Origin: an uncultured virus (IMG/VR IMGVR_UViG_3300045902_000304)
Taxonomy: Duplodnaviria; Heunggongvirae; Uroviricota; Caudoviricetes
Reading direction: 5' to 3' (one strand)
Length of the DNA: 64,000 nt
Virus record (IMG/VR): IMGVR_UViG_3300045902_000304
How positions within the stretch are numbered: position 1 is the stretch's first letter; every line of letters begins with the position of its first letter. Made by a program: the position numbers and the translations under genes. A model generated the notes under the pieces. It searched no databases. It was not told the origin of the DNA and saw only the letters and a list, made by a program, of their open reading frames with translations. Positions 26,822 through 37,287 of the stretch are shown piece after piece.

Positions 26822-28918
26822 TTATCTAAAAATGCCAAGTTCTTTAAATAATCTATTTTCTGCAATCTTAACATATTCAGGATTTAATTCTATTCCCAAA
26901 AAGTTCCGATTTGCTTTTCTTGCATAAACACCAGTTGTTCCACTACCAAAAAACGGGTCTAAAACTATTCCGTTTTCAGGGCATCCAGCCTTCAACATTC
27001 TTTCAACTAATCTTTGTGGATAGGTTGCAAAATGGGCTTCGGACAATGGTTCTGTATTTATGCTCCATACTGTTCTCATGTTCTTTCCTGCTTCATTTGG
27101 TCGCATATTCATTGTTCTGTAAGTTGTTTGCTTTGTTCCTTCATCCCAAGTGCTTTTCCCAATTGCTTCCAACTTATTGCCGCCCCATCTATCAAGCGGC
27201 CTTGTATAAGGCTCTAATTGCTGTTCAAAATAGTAGCCCGTTGGCTTCTTTACAAAGAAGAATATCTTTTCAAAATCAACCGTAAACCTATCTTTTGCGC
27301 TTTGTGGCATTTGATTTGGCTTACAATTATGAGTCCAAATACCATTCCCAAGAAAATATAAATGATTATATTTCTGTTTTTTCTGGTCAATTGTTGGGTT
27401 TTCCGTTTTACCTTTACCACAAAATGTAGTATAAATAGGTTCTACTTCTATATCATAAACACGTCTTAAACCAACTGTTTCTATTTTTTCAATTTTATCA
27501 GTTGTGCAACCAAAATTTCGTGTTCTATAATTGTTTTTTCTTATACTAAAACTCATTGTTTTATGTAATTTATTTGTTTTAGTATTTTTAACATCTCTAA
27601 TAGAAAAAAATCTAAAATCATACCCAAGTATTCTACACAACAATAATAAATCATCTTTTAGTTCATAATTAGGTTTGATAGATATTTTATATCTATTATT
27701 ATCTAAATGTCCATCACCTGCTACAAATCCATCTATAATTCCAACCATAAACTGTCTTGTTTCATTAAAAGCATTTTGTTTCAGATGTTTACAATTACAT
27801 AAATCACCATCAACAAAATTTAAAATTAAATCTAAAAGATTTTTATCACTACTACGAATAGTTAAACTTTTATCATATTTATAGATATTAATATCATATT
27901 CTTTTAATGGTTCAAGATGTTTTCGTTCTTCATCTAAAACACCACAACTAAAATTTACTCCAACAATTTTATTTCGTAATTCACTCCTGCCCCATCTTTT
28001 TTGTGCTGCAATTGACAAAGAATTATCTTTATAAACGCCTATCCAATTTTTACAATAACTACCCTCTGCTAAAAAGAACCCCACAATAAATCCTCTTTTA
28101 TAATCTTCCCGTGTCCCTTCTACAATATCTAAATATAATTCATCATTAGAATATAAATATTCAGATTTTTTTAATTCTATTGCTTTTTTTATTTTCAGTT
28201 TTCTAAAGCTTTGTTTGAAAGATACAGTTGATTTACATACAAATTGATGCTCTGGAGTGCATACTATTTCTTTCCCTGTTTTTGTAGTTATTTTAATACT
28301 TTCTTTTTCACCATTATCATAAACATTTTTTACATTCACCCAAATATTTTCTCCTTGTAAATTTTGGGATAAAACTTTTATTTCGCCTTTGTCTTTTAAT
28401 TCATATAGTTTTTTTATTGTTAAGTGCATATATTTGTTATTAAATTTTACAAACATTTTTGTTTTTTCGTCTAAACACCATATTATCTGATTGCGTAATA
28501 TCCACCCCCTATCAATCATCTCAATAGCAAATCTTTCTGGTATCATGCAAAGGCTTTTGTCAGGTAATCCGCATCCCATTCTGTTCGGAGCCATTTTATT
28601 CCTATTTGCTTTTGTATTTTTCGGGTCGGTTGTATTCAAATCAGCACCGTTCTTTGCTCTTATTCCACTTGCGTAAGTATCCCCCAAGTTCACAAAGCAC
28701 GTGCCAGTAGGTTTCAGCACTCTTTTTACTTCATCAAATACATTGCAAAGATTATTCACAAAATCCTTAAAATGTGCTTCGCTTCCTAATTGTTCTTCGT
28801 GCCCGTAATCTCTCAAACCCCAATAAGGTGGCGAGGTAATACAACAATCAATAGAATTATCAGGTATCGTTTTTAATACTTCTAATGAGTTCCCAGTAAT
28901 GATTCTATTAACGTGCAT
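26822..28918 (-). CDS. beta-class amino-methyltransferase (likely N4-cytosine), intein-containing
   Basis: DCCITSPPYW, HFATYP, VLDPFFGSGTT, GIELNPEY; start at MHVNRIITGNS. Confidence 0.93.
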   Translation of the reverse strand: MHVNRIITGNSLEVLKTIPDNSIDCCITSPPYWGLRDYGHEEQLGSEAHFKDFVNNLCNVFDEVKRVLKPTGTCFVNLGDTYASGIRAKNGADLNTTDPKNTKANRNKMAPNRMGCGLPDKSLCMIPERFAIEMIDRGWILRNQIIWCLDEKTKMFVKFNNKYMHLTIKKLYELKDKGEIKVLSQNLQGENIWVNVKNVYDNGEKESIKITTKTGKEIVCTPEHQFVCKSTVSFKQSFRKLKIKKAIELKKSEYLYSNDELYLDIVEGTREDYKRGFIVGFFLAEGSYCKNWIGVYKDNSLSIAAQKRWGRSELRNKIVGVNFSCGVLDEERKHLEPLKEYDINIYKYDKSLTIRSSDKNLLDLILNFVDGDLCNCKHLKQNAFNETRQFMVGIIDGFVAGDGHLDNNRYKISIKPNYELKDDLLLLCRILGYDFRFFSIRDVKNTKTNKLHKTMSFSIRKNNYRTRNFGCTTDKIEKIETVGLRRVYDIEVEPIYTTFCGKGKTENPTIDQKKQKYNHLYFLGNGIWTHNCKPNQMPQSAKDRFTVDFEKIFFFVKKPTGYYFEQQLEPYTRPLDRWGGNKLEAIGKSTWDEGTKQTTYRTMNMRPNEAGKNMRTVWSINTEPLSEAHFATYPQRLVERMLKAGCPENGIVLDPFFGSGTTGVYARKANRNFLGIELNPEYVKIAENRLFKELGIFR
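27326..28477 (-). mobile_element. intein with LAGLIDADG homing endonuclease (384 aa)
   Basis: IIW|CLDEKT ... VCTPEHQF ... GFFLAEGS ... DGFVAGDG ... VYDIEV ... GIWTHN|CKPN. Confidence 0.93.
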
Positions 28919-31283
28919 ATTGATTGCTTTGATTTGATACAGAGTATAATTCTTCAACGGTTTTAATACGGCAGGCATAGACATAATTGCCCGCTGACAC
29001 TTTTGTCCTCATAATCCCCAGCTTCCTAAGAGCCGCTTCTACCGTGTAAAAATTAAAGTCATAGCCTTTGGCTGCATTCGTAATCATAGATATTTTCTCC
29101 ATGATGCTGACTACTGACAAACACTCTTTTTCGCTGTAAGGGGCAGATAAAGGCACTACATATTCACGTGTAAGTGCAAAGGTGTTTTCAAACTTAATCC
29201 AATCGAGATTAATTGCTTTTTGTATAGCTCTTTCTTCGTCTGATATTTTATAATCAACTCCTTGCAAAAAGTCTTGATAGGCAGTATACCAAAGGTCGGT
29301 TAAGCATATATTTTTCGTGTATCCCTCCCAATCAATGTTAAGTATTGGAATAGTTACAAACCTTGTATTTTGTTCTGTGGCGGGTAAATATGGGTGATTA
29401 GTAGTGCCGTAAAAGTTAGCTCTGCGCTTATACAAATCTGAATACTCTTTGTATAACTGCCTTGAATCTACTATATCATTACTAATTACCGCTTTAATAT
29501 AGCTAAGTTGAGCAGCGTTAGTATTAGACATTTCTTCCATCAAATAGGTGATGTTTTCAGTAAGCCGCATCATACTTTCTTTGTCTTTGCCAAGTGCCAT
29601 ACTTGTGTAATATGCCATATCCTCAAATGGGTGCAACCATCGCACAAATTCGGTTTTGCCTATATTTTCTGTTTGCCCGGCAAATACTAATACCTCCCTA
29701 TTAATTATTTTACCAAGACCGCATCCAACACTTCTAATAAGATGCTTTTTCATCATGCTTACAGCCCAATCACGAGGCACATTATCATCAAAAGTGAAGT
29801 ATTCAAATAATTGCTCAACAGTAGAGTTTTTGCCTGATGGTCTTATTTTTTTAAGAAAATCCTCAAATGGGTTAAAATCTTGATACAAATGGTTGTCGTC
29901 AAGTATTGAGGCCACATCTTGCTTTTTGACATTATTCTTAATAAATTTTAGCTTGTTATATATTGAGCTTACATTATCAAGTGTCATTGTGTTGGTTTCT
30001 TTGTCAAAAATAAACTGACTGTTTCGTTTAAGTACGTTTCTTTTAAATAGGTATTTATTTTTAATGTAGTTATACATCCACTTATGAAGGCCATCAGAGG
30101 CATCAAGCTCCCCTTTTCTGTCTTGGTAATTTTCTTCAACGTAATTTATTACCGACCTTACAAGCTCTGGTGTTACATCTTTAATATGTTCTAATACTGT
30201 ATCTACATATATTTGGGTGTTGATGTTAATATTTTTGGAAGAAATATAATCGTTGAGGACAAATACTTTAACCCTTTCAAAGTCCATGTTATTCATAAAC
30301 TTTTGAACCGGGTTTAGCTCTTTGTTTTGATGTGCAAGTTTTTGTGATTTTGAATTTCCGATAGTTTTGACAAATTCTTTGAAGTCGCCTTTGTATTTAG
30401 TGAAGCAGGTATATGCTGCGGCGGTATAGGCTTTTTGCAAGGATGGGAAATCAGTTATGCTTGCACTAAACGGCACAAACTTGTCTCCGTATATGTAGGC
30501 ATCAATTGGTTTTTTGGAGGTGGCATTTGGTCTGCCAAGTGCAATCTTATCTTTATATTCTTTGGTGATTGTATAGCCATCTGCCAATACCAAGTCCAAT
30601 ATTTTATGTTCTGCATTATAGTTGTTAAGCGGGGTGTCGTCATTGGGCTTATATGTAGGGTTGTATTTGTGCTGATAGGTTTCAATTTCTCTTTGATTGA
30701 ACAGCCTTGCTACATCAAAAAGTTTGTTTAACTCAACCGAAGATATTGCCGGAACTGTATCAAAGCTGCCTGTGTGCCATTGGTAGCCCCCGTATTCAGG
30801 CACATTAATCAATGATTTTTTACCCCTGTATTCAATAACCGGACGGTCTTTCTTTTTATTGTCTGGGTCTTGCGGGTCTATAAATATGGCAAGGTTTTGA
30901 GAAGGGTAAATGTCTTTGCACCTAAAATACAAATGATAACCGCCAGATGGGGTCATAGCAACTGCCCCTTGTATTTTAATGTATAGCTCTGGGCTTACCT
31001 CTTCGAGCAATAGCAAATAATCATTGAATACATCTTCGTTGTAGGAGTTTTTAAGGTCGAAGTCAATAGCCTGAAAATTGGTACTATGTTCTCCACAAAG
31101 TATGGCAATATAATCGGCTTTGTCGGCTGCCTCAAGAGCAATGCTTATGGGCAGTTGCTTTCCAATATTATCGAGGTATCCACCTTTTGCCAATGGTACT
31201 TTTTTACCATCTTCAAAACGTCCGCAAACAACCGAAAAACCTCGATAGTATAAGTTGTATATGTAGTCTTGAGGTACGGGCAT
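28908..31283 (-). CDS. primase-polymerase fused to VapE-like/SF3 helicase
   Basis: AIDFD and TPSGGYHLYF (PrimPol); FAGQTENIGKT, MEEM, FYGTTN, NTRF. Confidence 0.85.
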   Translation of the reverse strand: MPVPQDYIYNLYYRGFSVVCGRFEDGKKVPLAKGGYLDNIGKQLPISIALEAADKADYIAILCGEHSTNFQAIDFDLKNSYNEDVFNDYLLLLEEVSPELYIKIQGAVAMTPSGGYHLYFRCKDIYPSQNLAIFIDPQDPDNKKKDRPVIEYRGKKSLINVPEYGGYQWHTGSFDTVPAISSVELNKLFDVARLFNQREIETYQHKYNPTYKPNDDTPLNNYNAEHKILDLVLADGYTITKEYKDKIALGRPNATSKKPIDAYIYGDKFVPFSASITDFPSLQKAYTAAAYTCFTKYKGDFKEFVKTIGNSKSQKLAHQNKELNPVQKFMNNMDFERVKVFVLNDYISSKNININTQIYVDTVLEHIKDVTPELVRSVINYVEENYQDRKGELDASDGLHKWMYNYIKNKYLFKRNVLKRNSQFIFDKETNTMTLDNVSSIYNKLKFIKNNVKKQDVASILDDNHLYQDFNPFEDFLKKIRPSGKNSTVEQLFEYFTFDDNVPRDWAVSMMKKHLIRSVGCGLGKIINREVLVFAGQTENIGKTEFVRWLHPFEDMAYYTSMALGKDKESMMRLTENITYLMEEMSNTNAAQLSYIKAVISNDIVDSRQLYKEYSDLYKRRANFYGTTNHPYLPATEQNTRFVTIPILNIDWEGYTKNICLTDLWYTAYQDFLQGVDYKISDEERAIQKAINLDWIKFENTFALTREYVVPLSAPYSEKECLSVVSIMEKISMITNAAKGYDFNFYTVEAALRKLGIMRTKVSAGNYVYACRIKTVEELYSVSNQSNQYAR

Positions 31284-31285
31284 AA

Positions 31286-32737
31286 TTAATTTTTAAAAGA
31301 TTTGAACGCTTTACTGTTTTTAAGCAGATTGTTTACCCACCCGCTTTTGTATCCTTTTTCACGGGCGTATGATTCTGCATATTGCCTTCTTCTTGCTTCG
31401 TCATTTATAGAGTACAAAGTTTTAAAAAACCCAGATAGTGCTTTTTCTTTTTTAGGCTGTGTTTGCTTTGCATCATCAAGCAATTCTAAGTCTAATTTAA
31501 GGGCATCTACATTTGGGCTTTCTTGCGTGTTTATCTTAAATATATGCCCACACTCAGGGCATATTCGAGTTGCAACAGGCACAATTAGCTCACATGAGGG
31601 ACACTCCTTAGAAATTTTTACTCCCTTTTTTTCATTGTCATCGGAATCAGTCCTTGCTTTATAATCAGGTCTATCTAAAAGACCGCCATGAATAATGGCG
31701 TTTCTAAATGGGTCTAAAACTATAAACTCATTTTTGCCGGGATAAACTCTATCTCCCCTTAATATCATTTGTCTCCACAAGGCATTGCTGCTTACTTTCC
31801 TATTGACTATTATGGTGTCAAGGCTTTTGTCGTCATATCCATAGGTTGCTATGCCAACAACGCAAAGTACTCTAAATAACCCAGATTTGAAATTGTTGAT
31901 AATGTGCGCTCTTTCACCTTTTGGGGTATTGCCGTCTAAATGTACTGCCGATATACCATGTTGCTGAAATACCTGAGCCATCTGTTTGCTGTGTTCGACA
32001 TTGAGATTAAAGCAAATTGCCCTTTTTGCATAAGCTTTATCTTTATACATCCTTACCACCTCATTGTAAAAAATGCTCTTGTTAAGCAGTTCATACATTT
32101 TGGCTTCGTTGTATTCAAGCCCAAACTCTGTTTTTCTTTTAGGTATCTTACTAAAATCTACATCTACAATTTTGCCTATGTAAATTTTATCTTTTACCAA
32201 CTCGCCATCAGCGACGTGTTCAGCTGGGTGTTTACCCATAATCATATTATCGTAATCATAAAATTCCGAAAGTCTGTTTACGCTATTGTCTGCTGGTGTA
32301 GCCGATAGCCCCACTACAATTCGCCCTTCCTTTGGGTTGTCTTTATACCATTGCAGCATGGTTGAATATACCCCCAAATGACATTCATCTACAAATACAA
32401 TATCCGCATCAAAAAAGCCTCTTGACCTCATTGTTTGCACGCTTGCTATAACCATCCTTGCATGAGGTGGGGGCGGTTCTGTTTGCCTATAAATGTATGG
32501 CTTAATGCCAAATTGCACATAGGTTTTGTAAGCTTGCATTAGCAGTTCTTCCATAGGCACTACAAAAAGGGCTTTTTTATTTTTGTTTTTCTCTAAGAAA
32601 GACTTGCAAGTAAATACGGATATAACCGTTTTGCCTGTTCCTCCTTCTTGACAAATAATATTCCATGTACTTTTGAGTGCTAAAACATTATGTCTAAGTT
32701 TGTCAATCACTTCAATTTGATAAGGCTTTAATTCCAT
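31286..32737 (-). CDS. SF2 DExH helicase with C-terminal zinc ribbon
   Basis: GGTGKT, VDECH, GLSATP, QMILRGDR, CPSC/CPEC. Confidence 0.92.
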   Translation of the reverse strand: MELKPYQIEVIDKLRHNVLALKSTWNIICQEGGTGKTVISVFTCKSFLEKNKNKKALFVVPMEELLMQAYKTYVQFGIKPYIYRQTEPPPPHARMVIASVQTMRSRGFFDADIVFVDECHLGVYSTMLQWYKDNPKEGRIVVGLSATPADNSVNRLSEFYDYDNMIMGKHPAEHVADGELVKDKIYIGKIVDVDFSKIPKRKTEFGLEYNEAKMYELLNKSIFYNEVVRMYKDKAYAKRAICFNLNVEHSKQMAQVFQQHGISAVHLDGNTPKGERAHIINNFKSGLFRVLCVVGIATYGYDDKSLDTIIVNRKVSSNALWRQMILRGDRVYPGKNEFIVLDPFRNAIIHGGLLDRPDYKARTDSDDNEKKGVKISKECPSCELIVPVATRICPECGHIFKINTQESPNVDALKLDLELLDDAKQTQPKKEKALSGFFKTLYSINDEARRRQYAESYAREKGYKSGWVNNLLKNSKAFKSFKN

Positions 32738-32743
32738 AAAATT

Positions 32744-33166
32744 ATGTCAAAAATTTACGAAGATGCGGTATTGGCCGAATTTCATTCATGGCTTAGAAAC
32801 AATTACCGCTGGACAAGTAAGCTGGCATATCACATACCCAACGAACTTAACAGAGGCAGCCTGTTTCAAAAGTCAAGGGAAAAGAGCAAAGGCTTACTAA
32901 CCGGAGCGGTTGACTACTGCATAGATATACCCAACAAATTTTATCATGGTTTACGATTAGAGTTTAAAGATAAGTATAAAAGTAAAACAAGCTCAGAACA
33001 GATAAAGCATCACGAGCGATTACAAATATGTGGGTATAAAGTTGAGATAGTTCATGATTTAGATGAAGCTATCAAAATATGGCATGAATATGTAATACAT
33101 GTCGATGAAATTATGATATCGCAACTAAATTCCCTTCGCAATCAATATCCCAAAAAAGATGGTTAA
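32744..33166 (+). CDS. VRR-NUC domain nuclease
   Basis: YHIPNE, GLLTGAVDY, LEFKD, SSEQ. Confidence 0.8.
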   Translation: MSKIYEDAVLAEFHSWLRNNYRWTSKLAYHIPNELNRGSLFQKSREKSKGLLTGAVDYCIDIPNKFYHGLRLEFKDKYKSKTSSEQIKHHERLQICGYKVEIVHDLDEAIKIWHEYVIHVDEIMISQLNSLRNQYPKKDG

Positions 33167-33740
33167 TTTTTGGCTGGTTGTTTATTAGCTCAACGATGTA
33201 ACTGTCATCATCTAATTTTGAAACATCTAAATTTTCAAAGAATAGGTTGTGCGTTGGTTTATCGTAAATAGGGTAAACGGTTAGTTCTGTGGTGAATAGT
33301 TTTCTTTTATTGCGATATTGATTGATTTGGGTAATCCTACAAAAAATACTATTGGCGGATAGGATTATTTGCTTAGGTTCTGCATGGTATAAAGCGTAGA
33401 TTATTATTTTGTATGGCTCAATATAAACAGGATACATTTCGCTAATTGATACAACGCTATGATGATGAATGTGCTGCTTAACGCTTGCATCAATGCGTAT
33501 TGGCTTTTCTTTATCTTTAAACCTTGTTATGATTAGATTGCCATTTGAAGTATGCTTAATGCTGAACGAGTTGTAAAAAGCGCTATTTATTATAGAGTAA
33601 TAGGTATTCCCAAAAAAAGCTATGAGTTGTTTTCTTGTAAAGAAAGCCGATTCGCCCTTCCCGAGCCTGTTTATGATGTTTACTATTTTATTGTTTGCGA
33701 CGGCTTTGCCTGATGATACATAGTCGTATAATGGATTCAT
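33111..33740 (-). CDS. hypothetical protein
   Basis: 209-aa ORF. Confidence 0.65.
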   Translation of the reverse strand: MNPLYDYVSSGKAVANNKIVNIINRLGKGESAFFTRKQLIAFFGNTYYSIINSAFYNSFSIKHTSNGNLIITRFKDKEKPIRIDASVKQHIHHHSVVSISEMYPVYIEPYKIIIYALYHAEPKQIILSANSIFCRITQINQYRNKRKLFTTELTVYPIYDKPTHNLFFENLDVSKLDDDSYIVELINNQPKINHLFWDIDCEGNLVAIS

Positions 33741-33795
33741 TGTTCTATCAGGTTTATTTCGAGGATAAGCCTAATCTAATCAGACAAGGAGATTA

Positions 33796-33945
33796 GTTAG
33801 TGGCAAGTGCTACTGACCGCCTTCATTTAATAGTATATTCAATATCGTATCTGCTGTTTTGATTGCTACCAGCTAACACCGATATGTCAAAAGTGGGCAG
33901 ACTTGCTTCTAATTAATATTCATTAGAAAGAAAAAATCTGCCCAC
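33796..33945 (+). repeat. degenerate attC-like cassette remnant
   Basis: GTTAGTGgcaagtgc core; AGCTAAC at 33871 followed by gtgggcaga/tctgcccac stem; right core missing. Confidence 0.5.
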
Positions 33946-33951
33946 GATTAA

Positions 33952-34512
33952 TTAATAAATTAAATCAACATCCTTTTCGTTTTCAGAAAAATACTTCTTT
34001 AGATGCTCCAATCCGTAACGGTCTATAACTTGCTTACTTGGTTTGTAATACCTTCTTTTAGTTGTTGGGTTTTGACCCCATTCGCCACCAATCATAGTTT
34101 TGCCATCATGGTATTTGCTTTGATTGCTAAAAGTTATGTGATTTGGCTTTTTCCATTTGTCGCCACCATGTCCACGTTCATCTAATTTATTAATATCTCC
34201 ACTTTTCCAAGCGCCTTGCAGGTCATAAGTTCCCATTTCGTATAGGATAGCGTCTTGACTACCATATTTTTTAATTGCCCATTTATAAAATTCATTAAAC
34301 TCTTCTCGAGTTAATCCGGTATTGTAATTAGAAACATACTCTAATTCAGGGTCTTTCCCTATTTGACTTCTTATTTTATCAGTCAAAGAAACTTGGAATA
34401 ATCGAGAAGGTTCTCCTTTTAATTGGGTAGTGTATTGTTTACCGTTAAAAGAGAATTGTGCTAATCCTTGTTTTCGTGCATTCGCAAATGCAATTTCAAA
34501 ATCTGTTGGCAT
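33952..34512 (-). CDS. hypothetical phage protein
   Basis: FEIAFANARKQGLAQFSFNGKQYTT N-terminal motif; YDLQGAW...WKKPNHITFS. Confidence 0.75.
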   Translation of the reverse strand: MPTDFEIAFANARKQGLAQFSFNGKQYTTQLKGEPSRLFQVSLTDKIRSQIGKDPELEYVSNYNTGLTREEFNEFYKWAIKKYGSQDAILYEMGTYDLQGAWKSGDINKLDERGHGGDKWKKPNHITFSNQSKYHDGKTMIGGEWGQNPTTKRRYYKPSKQVIDRYGLEHLKKYFSENEKDVDLIY

Positions 34513-34567
34513 ATTTTTAATTGATTTAATTGTTTACTACGCATATTTTACCTTTTAAGTGCGACGT

Positions 34568-35867
34568 CTGACTTCTCCCACGCCTAAAGGCAGTGGGGTT
34601 CTTGCTCAATGCTTGTTCTACTGAACTACATTAGCGAGCAAGGGCTTAGTCCGAAGCCCAAAGTTTTTTATATTATTCGCAGCCAAAATGTCCCTGTCAT
34701 GTGTTTTCTTGCATTTAGGACAAGTCCATTGCCTATCTGACAATTTAAGTTCTGAATTAAAATATCCACAGGAACACATTTTACTGCTTGGTTCAAATCT
34801 GCCTATCTGCACAAAATTTTTACCATACCATTCTGACTTGTATTTAAGTTGAGATATAAACATACCCCAACCTGCATCTGAAATGGAACGGCTTAAATTT
34901 CTGTTTTGAACCATCCCTTGTATATTGAGATTTTCAACACAAATTGTATCATTCTGTTTGACTATCACAGAAGATAGTTTATGCAGAAAATCCTTTCGTT
35001 GATTGCTTATTTTTTCGTGCAACCTTGCAACTACTAATTTTTGTTTTTTATATGAGTTGCTTTGTTCTTCAAACTTTTTTCCTTTTTTGTATTTTCTTTG
35101 CAAACTTCTCTGCTCTATTCTTAATCGTTTCAACGAATGAAAAAGATACTTTGGGTTTTCAATTTTAGCTCCATTTGATAAAGTTGCAAAATGTTTCAAT
35201 CCTACATCTATTCCAATTGCGGTTTCTTCTTTTATAGGTTTTTTCTTCGGCAATTCTTTTTTATTATCAACGAGAATAAATATAAAATATCTGTTAGTTG
35301 GAGTTTTTATTATCGTTGCTTGTCTTATTTCACCATTAAACTTTCTGTCTCTGCAAAATTCAACCCATTTTAATTTTGGAATAAATACTTTCCAATTTTC
35401 AAAATCAACTTTAATGCCTTGTGGTATTCTAAATGATTGCTTATGTTTTCTCTTTTTGAATTTTGGGAAATCTGCTTTACATCTAAAAAAATTTGAAAAA
35501 GCATTATCTAAATTTGATATTGCCTGTTGCAAACTTTGAGATGGAACATCATTAAGCCATTTTGTTTTTTCATCTTGTTTTAATTCGGTTAGTTGCTTCA
35601 TCAATTCAAAACAGGAAATACTCTTTTTTTGCGACTGATAGGCATAAATTTTTGTTTGCAAAGCAAGATTATATACAAAACGGCAACTACCAGCAATTTG
35701 GTTTATGCTATTACTCTGCTCTGCCGTTGGCAGAAGTTCATATTTATATGCTTTTAACACAATGCAAAGATAGGAAATAATTTTATACAAAAAAATTTTT
35801 TATTTAAAAATTTATAGGCGCAATTCATCCCACTCGTAAACGAGGTGGGCTTTCTTGCGTCTCTCTC
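34568..35867 (-). mobile_element. non-autonomous IS200/IS605 element (tnpB only)
   Basis: Left end near-identical to that of 14946-16634, preceded by TTAC; right end ...gggagaagTCAG. Confidence 0.9.
34618..35760 (-). CDS. tnpB: RNA-guided endonuclease TnpB
   Basis: GIDVGL, VENLNI, CSC/CPKC, DRDILAANNI; GTG start after TATCTTTG box. Confidence 0.95.
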   Translation of the reverse strand: MLKAYKYELLPTAEQSNSINQIAGSCRFVYNLALQTKIYAYQSQKKSISCFELMKQLTELKQDEKTKWLNDVPSQSLQQAISNLDNAFSNFFRCKADFPKFKKRKHKQSFRIPQGIKVDFENWKVFIPKLKWVEFCRDRKFNGEIRQATIIKTPTNRYFIFILVDNKKELPKKKPIKEETAIGIDVGLKHFATLSNGAKIENPKYLFHSLKRLRIEQRSLQRKYKKGKKFEEQSNSYKKQKLVVARLHEKISNQRKDFLHKLSSVIVKQNDTICVENLNIQGMVQNRNLSRSISDAGWGMFISQLKYKSEWYGKNFVQIGRFEPSSKMCSCGYFNSELKLSDRQWTCPKCKKTHDRDILAANNIKNFGLRTKPLLANVVQ

Positions 35868-35919
35868 GTAAGCTACCAAACCCATCGGCTCTGCCGTGAG
35901 TGGGTGGTTCACCCAATAA

Positions 35920-36261
35920 TTAATAACTGCCAACCGCATAAATGGCTATATCTTTGTGCCTCAACCCTTTTATATACGAATTGTAGTTGATGTATATTGG
36001 CTTATCGTTGCCAATATTAAAATCCGTATTAGCATTATACCACTCCAAAATCAAACCTTTTGGCTGCTTGGTGTTAAGGTCTAAAATTATATCAGACAAA
36101 TTGAAAAAATATTGATTAATAAATACGGCTATACCACCAACTGTATTCCCTACCCACCCATCAAAATCAATATCTTGTTTATTGGCAAATTTTCTCACCC
36201 ATTCATTATAGACAAATTCGTATTGTCTATTTAGCTCTTTCAGTTTCAAAGTTTTACTCAT
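35920..36261 (-). CDS. hypothetical protein
   Basis: 113 aa, coupled to upstream gene. Confidence 0.7.
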   Translation of the reverse strand: MSKTLKLKELNRQYEFVYNEWVRKFANKQDIDFDGWVGNTVGGIAVFINQYFFNLSDIILDLNTKQPKGLILEWYNANTDFNIGNDKPIYINYNSYIKGLRHKDIAIYAVGSY

Positions 36262-36767
36262 ATTTTTTTGGATTCCCGACTTTCCATAATCTCATTGAAA
36301 ATTTCATGCACTCCTTTTGGCATAAAGCTTTGCTTCATCCCCAATTCAGACACATTGCGCAATAGCTCTGCGTTTGAGAAAAACTCTTTATCCAATGCCT
36401 CTATTTCTTGCTCAATGGTCTTAATATCGACCGCATTTTTAATTTTGGTCTGATAGCTTTTTTGGTCGTCATCTTCCTGTGTTTGCATAATATCTACAAT
36501 CACATTAAAAAATAGTTTTTTAAGAGCCATCAGGCGCATGAACCTTGGGCTTTTTTCTATGCCTATCTTATAGAAAACATTGTAGAAATTATCGCTATTC
36601 AGCGGTGTCGGCTCTATCGTCTTTCCTGCTGCTTTGAGCGAGGTCTCCACTTTCTTGATTATTGATTCCCCATCTTGTTTGAAGAAGGTGTCGAGATACT
36701 TTTCCAGCTCCGTAGCTGTGTATAATATCTCTGGCATTTCGGTAATCTCTTTTTCTGATTTGCCCAT
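36258..36767 (-). CDS. hypothetical helical protein
   Basis: Start taken at MGKSEKE. Confidence 0.65.
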   Translation of the reverse strand: MGKSEKEITEMPEILYTATELEKYLDTFFKQDGESIIKKVETSLKAAGKTIEPTPLNSDNFYNVFYKIGIEKSPRFMRLMALKKLFFNVIVDIMQTQEDDDQKSYQTKIKNAVDIKTIEQEIEALDKEFFSNAELLRNVSELGMKQSFMPKGVHEIFNEIMESRESKKI

Positions 36768-37287
36768 ATTTTTCAACTGATTCAACGATATTAATATTTG
36801 TGAAATACAAAGCTGTGGATATAAGGAAAAGGTCAGCAACATCTTCCTGTTCGATTAGGTCTGCAACAATAGTGTTGAACTTTCTACCTGTTTTAATGAT
36901 TCTAAAAAACGCCTGCCCTTCCCTAAAGTATTTTTCTTTATCATAGGGGAATGGGTTGCCCATATCGTTTTTGGTTCGGTGCGAGGTGTTGTTGGGTCTA
37001 AGCCTTTTTGCTAATTGTTCTTCCGAAAGTGGTATTTCTAAAGGAACTTTGGTTAGCCTTACAAAAGGAGTAATGATAAAAGTTCCCATCGATTTGATAC
37101 GCTTACGTATAATTTCCCACTTAAAGCGATAGTTTTTTTTCAAGTCCTCATGATTTTTAAGCCACTTTGAAAACTGAGTACGCAAGCTGTCCATATTGTT
37201 AGCTTGCATTTCTATGTAGTCTTTTTCGTAAAGCATATCAAACTGATACACCCTAATTCGTTTCCGTACCTTCGTCATAAATACCAA
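36595..37287 (-). CDS. hypothetical basic protein
   Basis: Long ORF in operon; 3' end overlaps next gene. Confidence 0.6.
   Translation of the reverse strand: MVFMTKVRKRIRVYQFDMLYEKDYIEMQANNMDSLRTQFSKWLKNHEDLKKNYRFKWEIIRKRIKSMGTFIITPFVRLTKVPLEIPLSEEQLAKRLRPNNTSHRTKNDMGNPFPYDKEKYFREGQAFFRIIKTGRKFNTIVADLIEQEDVADLFLISTALYFTNINIVESVEKYGQIRKRDYRNARDIIHSYGAGKVSRHLLQTRWGINNQESGDLAQSSRKDDRADTAE

Noticed and set aside
35754..35939. 61-aa ORF
   Set aside because: Translation of the IS left end and adjacent hairpin.
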